Assembly: GCF_964355755.1 (NCBI RefSeq)
Contig: NC_092675.1
Location: forward strand, 29,980,912-30,044,911
Direction of reading: 5' to 3'
Source of the DNA: Antedon mediterranea
Lineage: Eukaryota > Animalia > Echinodermata
DNA length: 64,000 bases
The notes below the pieces were generated by a model. The model saw only the letters and a program-made list of their open reading frames with translations. It had not been told where the DNA came from and did no database searches. Shown one piece after another: positions 14,690 to 28,842 of the stretch. Numbering within the stretch: the stretch's first letter is position 1; the number at the start of each line of letters is the position of its first letter. The position numbers were made by a program, and so were the translations under genes.

Positions 14690-15330
14690 TGTTGCCAAAG
14701 TGCGAGTCAACGAGGCACGCAATGCACGCATAATACACGCAATCCATGCAATGCATGCAATCCACGACGGTAATTCAACGGAAAAAATACCAACAGCGAG
14801 CGAGCCTTCGAATAATAATAAGCCTTCGTTTTCGTTAATATTTGTGTACAATTCATAAACATTTATGAATCACCTACCGTTAATGTAATTATGTTAACAA
14901 TTTCCAATATCCAAATGCGACTTCGATGTTTACAGTTAGTTTTAGGTGGTGCCTGGTCACCGTCTAAGAAGCCTAGCTAGCTAGCCTAGCTAGGCCCTAT
15001 ATAGTATACTGTAGCCCGCCCGCTGGGGAGTAGAGACGGCTATTCGCTGTATGCCTAGTACGGTCTAGGCCTAGCAGCAGCTTCTATATCAACGCTGTCA
15101 ATGGACGAAATACAGTAGATTACAGATATTTTAAATCTAAGTCTTGTGAAAGGTATTTTTTTCAACAAAATATCATCTAGGCCTAGTAGGAAGCCCTATA
15201 TTGTATTAGGGGCTAGACTAGGCCTGGGCTGTGTGGTGGGCCGGGTGGCGGGGGACATTTTGAAAAAAAATAACTGCAAGCGAGCTAGACCAACAACAAG
15301 AAGGGAGCAGCAGGCAGGCTTGACTTTATT
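14690..15330. promoter_or_regulatory. CpG-retaining, promoter-like island inside the PKG intron
   Basis: Local rise in CpG/GC, GC-box-like GCCCGCCC, CTAG/AGGCCT clusters like those near the other promoters in the window; minus-strand donor-like sites near 14652 and 14876. Confidence 0.4.
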
Positions 15331-16033
15331 TTAGTAGTAATACTGGTAGGGTATGTTTAGAACAACATAACATAAAATAATGATTTTATTTTATAATTAC
15401 GCCTCTCTAATGTTTCATATGAACATACTAGAATATATTAAATTATTTAATATGTTTTATGGTGCCTCGCACTTTTGGTACAATAGTGCAGTTACACTTC
15501 GTACTGACTCGCTTGAATTGTAATTAACATGGTCACGTGGGCCGTTGACTCCACTGACTCCAATGAATCCATGGCTTGCAGTTTGTCAATACCCCTATAG
15601 TGTTAGAATACTGAAAAACTGCATGAAAAATAACATGCATTCCAATACACACATAATCAGCTATAATTGATCTATTTTGGCAGTCGTCTAGACTTGGATA
15701 TACCTGCCAAATGATTACAACCTGAACACTTTATTTTGTCCTGTTCTTAGGCCCCAAGCCATCCACGAATATACATCACAGAAACCACCTCTTTTCAAGG
15801 AGCACGTCAGTAGGCATAAACTCTGTAAGCCTACGAACATGTAAACGACTACAATATTAAATAAATTAATGTATTAACATTTTTAAAATTATGTAACAAA
15901 TCTACTGTATTGAATGTAAAAAAACAAAAAAAAATGTAATGAAAATAATTAGGAATTTATTTTTTATTTTAAAACATAGTTTTGAAATAGTATATAAAAA
16001 AATAAATGTTGTTGTATGCATATTATGAATTTA

Positions 16034-16159
16034 CAAAAAAAGTGTGATGCGCCCAAATATGGTAGTGATATACCCAAATACGGTAGTGATATGACATCAT
16101 TATGTCCATATTTGGGCACATTTTTTTGACAAATAAAGTTTGATAGTGTAGACAGAGCT
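16034..16159. mobile_element. MITE family A (one end missing)
   Basis: Core plus right TIR TTTGATAGTGTAGACAGAGCT-TTA. Confidence 0.85.
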
Positions 16160-17061
16160 TTAGTAATATTTAGGCATCAAAACCATGTTAATTAGGTAGT
16201 AAAGTTATTAGTCTGTACCAGTACACAATCTCATGCGAGATGACTCAGAAATTACATTTTAAAAGTAGTAAAATCAGATCCGAGGATTGATAAAAGTGTT
16301 TAACTACCGCGTGTCGGCCGTCAAAAGCATTAAACTTAAGTACATGCATTTGGAGGTACGTACAACACTTGCTTACAAGCAACATTATAAAATGTAAAAC
16401 CGCAAAACCAACCCGATTACGCAATAAGTACAGACACTTTGCTCATATGTTTTTCCTAATTTATGCTAACTCATGTACAATAGTTTTTGACGTATACTCA
16501 CTGCTTGATCAGGCAAATGTTTCTGATTTATAGTACATAAATGCAACTTAATCCAATAATAACTAATTATAAAATTGTAATAACTATACAGTGTCTACTC
16601 TTCATCAAGCCAAAAAAAAACAAAAATTGTTAGAATCAATAGTTGAAACATGTTTTTTTTAAAACTCATTTTTCAATTTTGTTTATCTGACGTCATGTAA
16701 TTAAATTTGTGCATAAAATAAAATATGCATCATAATAAATGTGTCGTCTAAAAAGAAACATCTATCAATATTAATATCTTGTATATTATTCTCTAAGGAT
16801 TATCGTTATTACTTTGTTTATCTGTGCATTTGATTGCCAGTAAAATGCATTAACACCTAGGCTGTATACAATGCTCATTGGGTGTAAATTTGTTATCGCT
16901 ATTAGTCACTACACATTTCAAATGTAATATCATCGTCGCAGGATTACAAAAGAAAGATCGGGAAGAGGAGACGAGCATTCATTATGGTTGGAACTAAAGT
17001 GTATAGTTGTAAACATGGAGTAACTCCATGTTGTAAATAAACACACTGAAAATGACCCTTA

Positions 17062-17228
17062 AGCTATGTGTGCACTGTCAAACTTTATGTGACAACAAAT
17101 GTGATGTGCCCATATATGGACACGATGATGTTCACTACCATAATTGGGCATATCACTATCATATTTGGGCATATCACTACCATATTAGGGCATATCACTA
17201 CCATATTTGGACAGTGTAGACAGAACAT
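17062..17228. mobile_element. MITE family A with internal 20-bp tandem expansion
   Basis: Degenerate TIRs; CACTACCATATTTGGGCATAT repeated 4 times. Confidence 0.8.
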
Positions 17229-18529
17229 TAGACTGTCAATAAAGTAATGATTTATCCAAGTGCAATTTTATTTTTCAATTAATCAATTTTGTTTATGCCA
17301 AGCTGATCACCATCATAGATTTTAAATTAGATTGTCTACATCTCATTATTCTTATAGTTGGTAAGTTGACCAACATACAGCATCCAAATGGCCTAGTAAA
17401 TAGACAATTTTATTAATTGTTACACTTCAAATTTATCTACTTCATTCTGTATTTTCAGAGCAACTTCTGTTTTACACTCAATGGTTGTTGTACAGTTGTG
17501 AACAACCGGGAAATATGTCGTTTCGTGAGCATGGGTTGTTGATTTGTTTTAGGCCAAATCATGATTGTATGTATTCAGTAGTATCTATAGTATCTCTACT
17601 TCTGTTCCATCTGTAATTGGACCTAATTTTTGTAGTGAATATAAGATAAGAATATATAACAACTGTGTTTCTCATAGAAAATATTGGATTTGATCCCATA
17701 TATAGTTGAGGTTACTACTCTAATAAATTTGTATTCATTGTATAATTTGCTATCAGAATAAAATCAGTATTTCAACAACAATAGTTTCATTGATGGAGAA
17801 AAGCTCTTAAACCTTTAATGGGCAGAATCTGTTGACCTGCTTATAGCGCCTCTGAGACTCTGTCAATTGAAAAGGTTAAAAACAGAGAACAATACAAACA
17901 ACTCTAAAAACACTATATACTCAAGACACTAATAAGAATTTCATTTCTTAGGGTAAGGCAGTTTGTTCCTAGTAAAACATATTTTCCCTCAGGTCTAAGG
18001 TTTTCTATAACCTTTATTATTAAATTTTGAAATTGGAGTTATAAACAGAACAGAGAATGAGCAATATGAAAAGTATCACTACAGACTTTTATCGCCAAAC
18101 ACTGTGCTAATGCATGTTATGTGATTTGTAGTAGGTCTACAATTACATTAAAAAAGAAGCTTAAACAGCTACCCAACTGTACACTGGTGAATCATTATTG
18201 TTACAGTTAATATGCTAATGTGGTTTCACACTGATGTGTTTCATAGCATGCCGGTTGGTAACAAATAATGTATGGCCAGGTAGTTTGGATCTGATCTCAA
18301 AACCTTAACATTCAACATTCAACATTTAGTTTTGACACAAATTCATAAATAGCAAGTGTGCATAATTTGACAAGGTTTATGAAATGTTTACATATTGATA
18401 TTGTTTCCATGTCATAGTGTAGAATTTACCTCTGTACAGTACAACTTATACAATAAAATCTAGATTCAGGGACAATTAGTTGCTCATACAATACTATATA
18501 AGAAGAGGTTATAAGTCCCAACCTCCACT

Positions 18530-18590
18530 GGGTAAAGAACCATATATGTATCTTTCGGAAGAGTAGGGGGTTACCCGGTGTACTTTTCCA
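18530..18590 (+). mobile_element. Deu/Nin-domain SINE fragment
   Basis: TAAAGAACC..TTCGGAAGAGTAGGGGGTTACCCGGTGTAC matches the core of the copies at 19929 and 52604. Confidence 0.7.
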
Positions 18591-18996
18591 TCTCCGCTTT
18601 TGTGGTTGAGGACAGGCGAATGAGCGACGTGCAGTGGCAGTGGTATGAAACAAAGTGACCTTTTGTGAAGAAGACAGTAATGTTGTATATGTGCTCAGTA
18701 GGCTGCGAGTTGCAGGTTATTCCCCACATTGACATTGTGCCCATCCCACATCACATCACATGGAAATTTGATAAACCCTTTCATTACAGCTCATTTAAAG
18801 TCAGAAGATAGTGGTTGTTCATTTTCTTTGAATCGTTGTATGATTTACAGTACTTGTTTATTGGTCTATAAAAGTTTAGCTTCTAAGCATTAGATTCATC
18901 TTCAGCCTTAAGGACAAATTATATATCCATATATATTGAATTGTGTTGAAATGCGCTTACAGCTTAATAATTGAAATGTGCCATGCAAGTAGTAGT

Positions 18997-19160
18997 GAAG
19001 CTGTAGCTTGGTGGTTAACGTGCTTGCCTTCCAATCCCAAGGTTTGTAGTTCAATCCTGACCTAGTGCCTAGTATCAAGGTTGTATTACTCACAACTCTT
19101 TCAACTCCACTCCCTAGCCTCAAATGAGACTAGTTTATAAGCACGATAAATTATAAAATA
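18997..19160 (+). mobile_element. Decayed tRNA-derived SINE
   Basis: A-box TAGCTTGGTGG and B-box-like TAGTTCAATCC at tRNA spacing; no intact cloverleaf. Confidence 0.55.
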
Positions 19161-19928
19161 GTTTATCCATCCTGTAATTGGTGAGTTTGTGCTCGCTGTT
19201 GAATGCTTATGAAAAAAAAAAAATTAGAAACCTAGGAGGCTGCTACCAAACTTATTGTAAGCACCTTATTTTTCATTTTATTATTCATTTTGACTTCGAA
19301 AAATGGTTTGCTGAGAAAGTACAGTAGAAATAGCACAATTTAAGAAAGACTATTAGTACATAGTTATTAAATTTATGTGACCAGGTAATTCAATGCTGTG
19401 AAGTTAGTGGGAAGGATAGCTCTAAAAACAGTCCTACGAAGACTTGCGAATTTCACACTAATAAATTATAGAATTGTCACTTGCTACCATGGGATATGAA
19501 TAAAAACTAAAAAAAACAACAAATGTTGTTTCAAACTGGAGATAAATTTGACCAAGAGGCAGATCCAGGATTGTTTAAAAAGGAGCAAGTGCTTGATTTA
19601 TTTATTACCATCTTTAATGTGGGTGGGTAGCCTATCCAGTTCAAGTGAGGAAACTGATCATTAGAGCCCTAGATCAAACATACACATACAAACATTATAA
19701 AATATTCAGCACAAGTTAAGTATATAAAATAATATTAATATTCTGTAGTCTGAAAATACGTATCTATAGAGTAGTTTATTATTTCCTTTTAGCTGTTAAA
19801 CAGGTACAGTTCATGTCCTGAGTATAACCAGCTGGATTTTCTTCTGTTTACAACATATAAATGATAAAGGCATGGAGAAAAATAGAGGAGAAATTATCCA
19901 CCCATTATCCATGTAACATAATCATAAC

Positions 19929-20281
19929 GAGTCATATGGCCGAGCGGTTAAGGCAGGGGCGCCGTTTACCGTACCTAAAGAGCCAACAACAACATCGGCA
20001 AGGGTTCGAGGCCGACTCGCTCCTAGTTCTGGTGGTGGAACAAGTCTTCTCGGATAAGGACTATAAACCGTAGGTCCAGTGTACACAGTTATAACCTGTG
20101 TGTACTTTAAAGAACCCAGTTCATTATTCGAAAAAGAGTAGGGGGTTACCCCGGTGAACTGGTTCACACAATAGCCCATGTATCAGGGGGATTACCACCT
20201 ATCTGATAGGACAGTGATTAATTCACTATTGGTAATCCTTGGCCACATTGCCTAAAGACATAAAATAAAATAAATAAAATA
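19929..20281 (+). mobile_element. tRNA-derived SINE with Deu/Nin central domain, near full length
   Basis: A-box TGGCCGAGCGG, B-box GGTTCGAGGCC; core TCGGATAAGGACTATAAACCGTAGGTCC...TAAAGAACCC...TTCGAAAAAGAGTAGGGGGTTACCCCGGTG resembles the DeuSINE/Nin domain; TAAAA tail. Confidence 0.8.
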
Positions 20282-20435
20282 ACACTATCAAACTAGTTTG
20301 ACAAAAAAAGTGTGATATGCTCAAATATGGTAGTAGTGATATTCCCAAATATGGTAGTGATATGACATCATCATGTCCATATATGGGCACATCACATTTT
20401 TGTGTCACATAAAGTTTGATAGTGTAGACAGAGCT
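20282..20435. mobile_element. MITE family A adjoining the SINE tail
   Basis: Core plus TIRs; left TIR truncated. Confidence 0.85.
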
Positions 20436-21257
20436 ATAGACCTTAACAAGCCCTAGAGCATGAAAACGTTTAATTTGTCCGTAAGGCTGACCATATTACT
20501 GAAACAAAACATTGAATGGATCAGCGAGTGGTCATTGAAGGGTGATAGTACAGTAATTAATTATGAATCTGATAACATATGAGTACTAAGCTAATTACCA
20601 GAGCCCATAATGTGCAAGTTAATGGTCGCTCTAGATGCTATTAGAAAGTGCCTGGCTTAGGTTGCTGGTCATCATGCAGCCTAATTAGTAATATTTGTAT
20701 ACGTCAAGATGGTTATACTGTATCATTGGTTTCTTTTTTTTATTCGGAAAATGAATTGACAGATTTCAATACCTACTGTACATATCTGTAAAAGACAATG
20801 ACTGGGAACTACCAAAAAAGACGATAAGATAAGTAAGATGACATCGGGAACTGCCTATTGTACTGTACTACCAAATAAGACAAAACTGTTATAATTTTAA
20901 TACTATGGTAGTTGTCTTACATTAACTGGGAACTACCTATTGTACTACCAAAAAAGGCAACACTCTATAGTACGTAAATTAAAAAATTAAAAAAAAGTTA
21001 ATTGATGTCATAGTACTCTGTAGATATATAATTTTAAAATGATAAAAACAATAATGATATCCTAGATTTATTAAGCACCCATTAATGTTGTGAAACCTCT
21101 GAAATAAATCAGAACCAAATTTTAACTTTTCAAAAATGTAATTCATTTAAATCCTAGACAAATTACGATTGGATATTGAGCACTGTATACTGGTGGAATT
21201 AGAATCTACTAATACCATTGTTTTCTGTTCGTTTAATGTCATCAAAGTACTGTGTAA

Positions 21258-21314
21258 GCACTATTCACCATTTCAGATATAGCTAATAGCTATATCTGAA
21301 ATGGTGAATAGTGC
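21258..21314. mobile_element. Perfect palindromic mini-element with TAA TSD
   Basis: TAA-GCACTATTCACCATTTCAGATATAGCTA-A-TAGCTATATCTGAAATGGTGAATAGTGC-TAA. Confidence 0.7.
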
Positions 21315-22295
21315 TAAAACATTCTACAATTTAAAATCAATATTTAAATTTAAGTCAAACAAGAATTAGTTTATTAAACTATGCTTAAAATATGCACATT
21401 TTCACTGTCTATAAGTGAAAAGCTTTAATTGCGAATATACTTGTCGCTTACTTAAATTTTCATTTTGAAAATGTGTTTATGCATTCTGAAACAGGGTGAA
21501 ATTTTGTTGTGATTCTGACTTGTTCATTTTTTAACTTTTATTACATTAGCTCAAATTTTATGAATTTATAACATGAAAATGCATAGGCACAATTTATAAT
21601 AAAATTTAATTTTTTTTTTTACATTGTCTTTTTTGGGCTCCTATTTTGCTTTTGAATGAAAATAGATTATAAATATGTTTGAATTGAAATCAAATCAATT
21701 AAATTTTAATTTTTTTCTCAAATCATAATATCAAATGTATTTTTGTGGAATTAATTGAATTAATCAACCATTAATTCCAGTAATACTATATTCTTCAAAT
21801 CATCATCATCATCAGTGTCATTATCACTTTCATGTGATCTTGTAATCTTTAAAATCTGTTGTCAAATGTTTTTAATCAGTCATTATTATGTGATAATAAT
21901 AATATAACCATCTATAGCATCATCATTTGCAATAGATAATTAAATCATTAAAACCTTCATTATCAAATCACAAAATTCATATCATATATTCACTAGGTAT
22001 GATTTTCCAGACGTGATATCTGATACAAATCATAAAATTATAGATCCAAAATTAATTATGAAATTATTGAGAAAACCACTTGAATTTGACAGTTATGTGA
22101 GCGCAGCAGATGGTTGCTTACAGTGCACAAAGTACACAGCAAATTTACATTCTGTTATTATTATTGAGAATAGTGATGAGCAACCTGGATTTATGTGACC
22201 CAACAAAATTATCATTTTATATGATGGTCTTATAATAATAATAATATGCAAACTTATTTGCACTAGTATCGTCCCAACGGCTCCCACACACAGCA

Positions 22296-22409
22296 TTTTT
22301 AGTCGTGTGCAACGCAACTGTACAGCTCACTGTACAGCTCATGGTCGGTTGGTCGGTCGGTAAAAATTAACTAGAGCACACGACTGCAGTCATGTATATG
22401 GCCTTGTTT
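22296..22409 (+). mobile_element. Non-autonomous Helentron/DINE-like remnant
   Basis: TTTTT-AGTCGTGTGC...GCACACGACT subterminal inverted repeat, (GTCG)n microsatellite, 3' hairpin GTCATGTATATGGC then CTTGTTT. Confidence 0.6.
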
Positions 22410-22912
22410 ATAATAATGCTTGTATTGTATGATTCTATTAAGTTGTATGGGTTTGATCAAGACATTTTAAAACAGGAGCGCTAATTTTTAGTCTGTCAAA
22501 AAGTGAAATCAAAAAGTAGTTCAAATTATCATTTTAAACAAGTGCTACTTTCCTGGATCCGCCCCTCGTTGCTATATCAACTTGTTTTTTGCTAACATGT
22601 GTCTTCATCTAAAGAATCCAATGGCTTAACATCTTTTCCGAAGGACAAGGCGTTTTGAACGATGACAAACTTACGGACACACTGTCTAGAACTTTTATGC
22701 TAATTTTCACAATATCCATAAATTGCACCGTCATTTTCATAAGATATTATTTAACCATAAGAATTTATTTTACTTTTTCTAAGAACCATTTATCAACTAT
22801 GACAATATTACTGTATGCTGGTCCAGAGTTCACAATTCATCTATCATTGCTTTAATATTCTCAGGTAGTTTGTTAATAATTATAACTTTACTCAGAAAAT
22901 TGTAGTGAAAAT

Positions 22913-24174
22913 CAGTGGCGTATCCAGGATTTTGAAGTTGGGGGGGCCGGGAATTGCCAATTTGCCGACAAAATTGGTGTCATTATCTGTACATACAGTA
23001 CACGACGTCTCTGATCAATATATGTTCTAGGATTACATAGATCATATTGTCCTATATGGGATAACGATGCAAAATTAAAACCAAACCAACATTATCTGTT
23101 AGTATGTTGTATTCATATTACAATAAAGAAAGAATTAGGAAAATCTGACTTGTAGTTTTCGAAATATAGGGTCTAAAACATCGCCGAAAATGATCGTTTT
23201 TAGCCACGAAAGAAGTAAAACAATTTGCGGCCGGCCTCAGTTGACAATTCTATTAACTACGACATTTTTGGTTAAAATAATTACATATATTTACGTTTTT
23301 TAGTAATTTATTTTATATATCACCATTGGAAATATCAATAAAACATGTTATTAAATGCTTATAAAATATATAAAGTTGTTTACTTAACAGAATTCGGACA
23401 AATTCATTGCTCTAACTTTGTGTAGTAACGATCAGAGAGATTCATGGTACACGCGCGAGAGAAAACATTCCGCTGCGGTTGATTCGCATCCACCAATCAA
23501 ATCAGCTAGAATCCTAAATCATTCAACCGTTAGCAATGCCAATCGCGAGAAAGCTCAGCTTTGATTGGCTTACGATGACATCATATCACAAAATGGTGGT
23601 TTTGTAGTTGAGCCTCACGGAATATTCTGTTCCAAAAATGAAATACATGGATATTTCTTATGGTATATGTGCTTTTTCTTTAAAAATTTTGAATAATAAA
23701 GGCCTCATATCGAGAAAAAAAACCGGGTTTTTGGCACCTATAATAAATATATCTTAGACAAAAAAGCACATGGCATGTGGAACTATATAATCTCTTAGCG
23801 TAGGAAGACATACAAATCTCAGGTCATGAGAGGCTCAACTGCATGCAAAAACAAGGTTTTAGGGTAAGGTCAAAGACTTTTGAGTAAATAATCTACTGCG
23901 TACGGCCGTACGTACGTGCTACACATTTTTAACGTGTTTCGTTAGATGTAATGAAAATAAAAAATAGTTGATCTGAAGGGATCAATGATGATATGATATG
24001 TAAATAAACAAACACTCAAAAGAATTATGTTTACAGTTCAATTATTGTCAGAATAAATAGTTTATTTTTTTCCCCGGCACCTTTGTTTGCCGACGGACGC
24101 GATGATGTGCCGACGGAAACAAAATCAGGGGGGGGGCCCGGGCCCCCCCGGCCCCCCTACTGGATACGCCACTG
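22913..24174. mobile_element. Non-autonomous hAT DNA transposon (1262 bp)
   Basis: 15-bp TIR CAGTGGCGTATCCAG / CTGGATACGCCACTG; perfect 8-bp TSD GTGAAAAT (22905-22912 and 24175-24182); no transposase ORF. Confidence 0.92.
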
Positions 24175-26449
24175 GTGAAAATTCTGCTTTTTTATGGTGT
24201 ACAAAATTATGTGAAAAGATATAGCATGTGGACAAAAACAGACATTCCAACTTTCTAAATGCTCAAAAGCGGGACATATCAAATTTGAAAGTGGGACATT
24301 CATTGAAATCTTGACACTGTAAAATAGTCATTACACAAACACGATAGCCCCCATAAAAATTCACCAATATTATGGTTACAAGAACTTACTATGCACATTG
24401 CACAGGGTCTTTCGAACATTTTTTGAATCCAATATAACTTTGAGAATGTTTTAAAAACTAATGATTTTTATTCCCGAACAGGGACATGACATGACAGTTA
24501 AAATATTTGTGGTCATTATACTGTAGCCCACAGTGCTGTAATACTGTAGCTAAAGATAGCAAACAAATTTCTTTAATTTTGAATTGTTTGATAAAGATGG
24601 TAAGTCTTCTAACATTCCATTTAATATCTAATATTTACAGGCCATTTATACGCAACAGAGATGTGTTTGCTCAGTTTTCTTTAAAGATTAAACTAAAACT
24701 AATGACATTAGCATTATAGATAACATTTCGGGGAAATCATTGCAAAACAATCATTTTCCAGGTAATTGTTGAGATCCGAAAGATAAAGACAGTAGGGAAT
24801 CAAATGATATTATGTACAGTACATCTATTGTTAAATTGTTACTATACGTAACCTGTGTATTTGTATTATTCCAAACAGTACAGTATTTATTTTGCTCATT
24901 ACCTTGAGTATTCCTCAATTACATAATACAACAGCTACTGTGCTGTAATCTTCTTGTTATTGTACATCCTTCAACCCTCACATCATCATCATCGTCTTTA
25001 AGCTATTCATTATGCCCACTCAATATCAATTCTTTGCTGATTTATATTTTAATCCTTTTTTTTTCTATTTTTTACCGACAAAAGTAGTTCTAGACGATTA
25101 CATAAGTACAGTTTTAATTGACAAATTATCTGATTTTCACAGTTCAAAAATTAATAGATATATAATTAATAGCAATTTTTCTAGCTGTTTTACTTTATCG
25201 TTTGATTTAGCTTTTTGATTATTTATTTTATTTTTCCATTGAGATCCAGCAACTGGTATCCACAAAATTTTTCAGTAATTTACCTTTGGATTTATAATTA
25301 ATAAATTAGATAGATTGTATACATATATAGACATAGGCCTAGCTAGAGTAAACATAATATAGATTCCCCAGTAGAATAACAAGTTTATGCGTCTAATTAA
25401 TGCTAGTAATAACATTGACACGTCTATAGGTAGGGGTACTTAGGAGTAATCAGTTATTTTGTGTTTGTCATTAGAAATAGTGCCAAATTAAGTCCCATAC
25501 CAAATCAGTTTTAATATAGAATGATTGTAAAAGGTGTGTAATAGCTGATGATAACAACAGTGCTTTTTTTTGTGCTCATTACTGTTCATGTGATAGAAAT
25601 ATGACAAGGTTGAAGAGGCATTAAACAGCAGCAGTAAAACGTCACATCTTTTAATTTATTACATTTGACATACATTATGGTGAGAAATAATAATGGGATT
25701 TAGGAATAGAAGATAAGCAACAACCAGACTGGTTTAAGTATTGCAGATTTGAACGCATCATTGAATCGGTTGCAATCATGCTTTTTACACAGGTCAAACA
25801 TTCAACGTCTTTCCTATTTTGCTCTTCTTGTATTCACAAATCTCACTAATCATTGTCTGTACTATGACTTTAATTACTAACTTATTTCCCAGTTGCATCT
25901 CAATCTATTTTCACATTAATCATATTTTTTTCACATGAGACTATCAACCTTTACCTATATTCATTTCCTCCTATCACAGTTTAATATAATATCTAATACG
26001 AATCATTATGATCTAATACTAAACACCTGTGCCTTCAACAATCTGAATTAATGTATCCTTGTAACTACATACTTCGGTAATTTCCACTTTTCATTGATTT
26101 TCAAACTTACTTTTCAACCCCCAACTAAGGCTGTGTTTATACAACACCCTAAATTTGAACAAATTTTTAGCGTGTTGTACTGGAGGGGCCGAGGTCAACC
26201 CCCAAAAACATTTAAAAAAATTATACATTTAATATTAAATGTTACTGTGTTATACCATACAGTTTAGTTAACTGACCACAAACAATTTAACAACAGAGTT
26301 AAATTTCTAAGAATGGCCCACCTATAAGATATACCAAGAAGTAGATTCCACTTTTTTAGCAGACAATTTTACAAAAATTTCTAAACAACATACGTACTGT
26401 ACGTGAAAATTAAATGAAAATATTGTAATTCCTAATGTCAAAGTGTTAG

Positions 26450-26510
26450 TTTAGAAAACATTTTATTATAACACTATTAAAGATTGGAATAATCTTCCAT
26501 TAACATTAAT
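26450..26510 (+). mobile_element. CR1/L2-type LINE ORF2 C-terminal relic
   Basis: Translates KTFYYNTIKDWNNLP, like the F..R.I..WN.LP end of CR1/L2 ORF2. Confidence 0.5.
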
Positions 26511-28734
26511 AGTATAAAAATACAGTAGCTTCTAATAGGTGTGTTGATACTACAATTTAGCATCTTTTATTATATCTCTCCTTCCTCCTATCTGCCAATT
26601 ACTGTATATAGGTACTGTACCTGTCACTCTTAACCTTTACCCCTATATCTGCAGGTGACCTTAGCGACCTTTTGACAATGTTAAACTTGATGGATTTGGG
26701 GTTGCAAGGTCACAGTACCCTGCTAATCCAATACACTATTGTAATACAGTATATAAACCATTATTACATATTTTGCAAAAGTATAATTTCATTTATAGGA
26801 CTACTGTATTCTATTTTCCCACATTTGTTTCAAATAAATAATAATAAAATTATGACAATTGTCAGTATATACAGTATGTTAAAATTATGTTAATAGTTTA
26901 CTGCTATTGCTAGTGGAAAAAAACACATCTAGCATGGAATGACATGTAGGGTAAACCTGTACAAAAAAATTGCTGCCTGTACTTTCTTAAAATTAAAAGT
27001 GACTTATTAATAAATATATTTTTAAAATTCAATATCCGGACTGTTTAAGGAATAACTTAATTTATCAATAAATTTACATTCCATTGCTATACTTTGCTGT
27101 TACATCATCTTAAAAATACAATGCTGACAAGATAATGGTAAATGGTGATAGACTTTACTCACTGCCGTAAGCAAGAGCAATTTAAATGACTAAGTTTTAT
27201 TGCTTAAAGACACTGTGAAGCAAAGATGACAGTACTTACTATAAAGACATTTGATTTTAAACAACATTCGTACAGTGCCTCACCGATAAACTACTCGTTA
27301 AAATTCTGCATTTGTTAAAGTTGACATAATATTGTAGTCAGACAAATACACACACAATAAAAGCATAAATATTAAAGGCATCCATCTTAAAAGCCCTCAA
27401 GACGTTCAGATAGATATACTGCAGCATTATTGCAATTTATATTCTTATTGCAGATCACATAAATCTTAGCTTTCCTTTTGCCTTGTCGTCTACAAGTTAA
27501 ATACTCTCATCCAGCCTACTTCAATATATTTACATTTTAGTCACTAGTTTATTTAAATTGTTCTTAAACCTGAATGAATACAAATCTAGTGATCATCAGC
27601 AATACAACTATTATCATTTAAAAATAGCCTAAAATAAATGTTATAAACGGTATACAGGGGTGAATTTATTTCATAAATGATAAAACGTCGGGTTGCAGAA
27701 AAATAAATATAGTCATTATTTTATTTTAAAAAGACATGGCTGTTAAATTTAAGGGTTGGGAGCGGGGGGTGCCTAAAGCCTGTCTAGCCCCCGCCTAAAT
27801 CCGCACCTGGTAAAATAACTGTAATTTTCGTCCAGTTTTGTCAAATGCATTATCAGTGAAAAACACTCTTCGTTTCTGGCATCAAAAAGTAATTTAAAAT
27901 CAAAATGTATAATGTAGACGTATTGCATTATTTTGGTACTGATTCAAATCTCAACTATTTCTCTGTAAATAACTTAAGCATGACTGCATTAGTTTAATAC
28001 AAATGAAAGCTATTATTTTACAGACCAACAGGCTATGAAAAAATGTTAAGTAAATGAACAGAGTTACTTAGTATAGAACAAAAAGTGGGATTGGTAGTTG
28101 TGTTTACTACTACTGGTGTCTTTGAACTATAGGTTGTAAAGTACTTGTTTACTGGGTGTCTTTCAACTTTGCTTTAACAATAGATACTTTGTTTCTTTGG
28201 ATCATTGATTCCATACAATTTGTCTTGCATTATAATTTGTTTCCAATTGCTTCAACAATAATGTACTCTATGATTCCCATCAGCTCCAACCACAAACTCA
28301 AAGAGTAATGATTTCCTTCAGATCAGCTTCGGCTGTATGGACCACCCTCCTTAGAAGATATTGAAATAAATAAACCCTATCATACCGTATACCCTATAAT
28401 CAACTTGCAACTACCTTGTCCATCTACCTCTAATTCCTGACGCCTGAATCAGCTACTAAAATAGCTACTGTACGATATCACTGTGTCTCAAACCACTCCC
28501 TACAATTACAGTACCTGCCACATACTCACTGTAAGCTACATGGTATCTTTCCTACAGTAAGCTACGGCAAAACAAGTGAGAAGGGTGTGTGTGTATGTGT
28601 GGAGGGGGGGGGGGGGGTGGTGTTATTTTGGTCATCAATTGATGTACAATAACAGTACTTTAGTGAGAATAGGCAGAAGTCCAAATGTCCACCTCACCTC
28701 AATCCCATTAGGACACCCAAAGCAAGAAGGTCTA

Positions 28735-28842
28735 ATCTGATCACATGCGACAGGCTAGTGATCTATAGCTTGCTACAGTAATTGGTCTTCTTGCGTTGAT
28801 GTACTGTAGATCTTTGCATTGTGTCCTAGTGGGAACCAAGCT
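28735..28842. mobile_element. Decayed MITE family B
   Basis: Right TIR CTAGTGGGAACCAAGCT-TTA; CpGs of the consensus are mutated. Confidence 0.7.
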
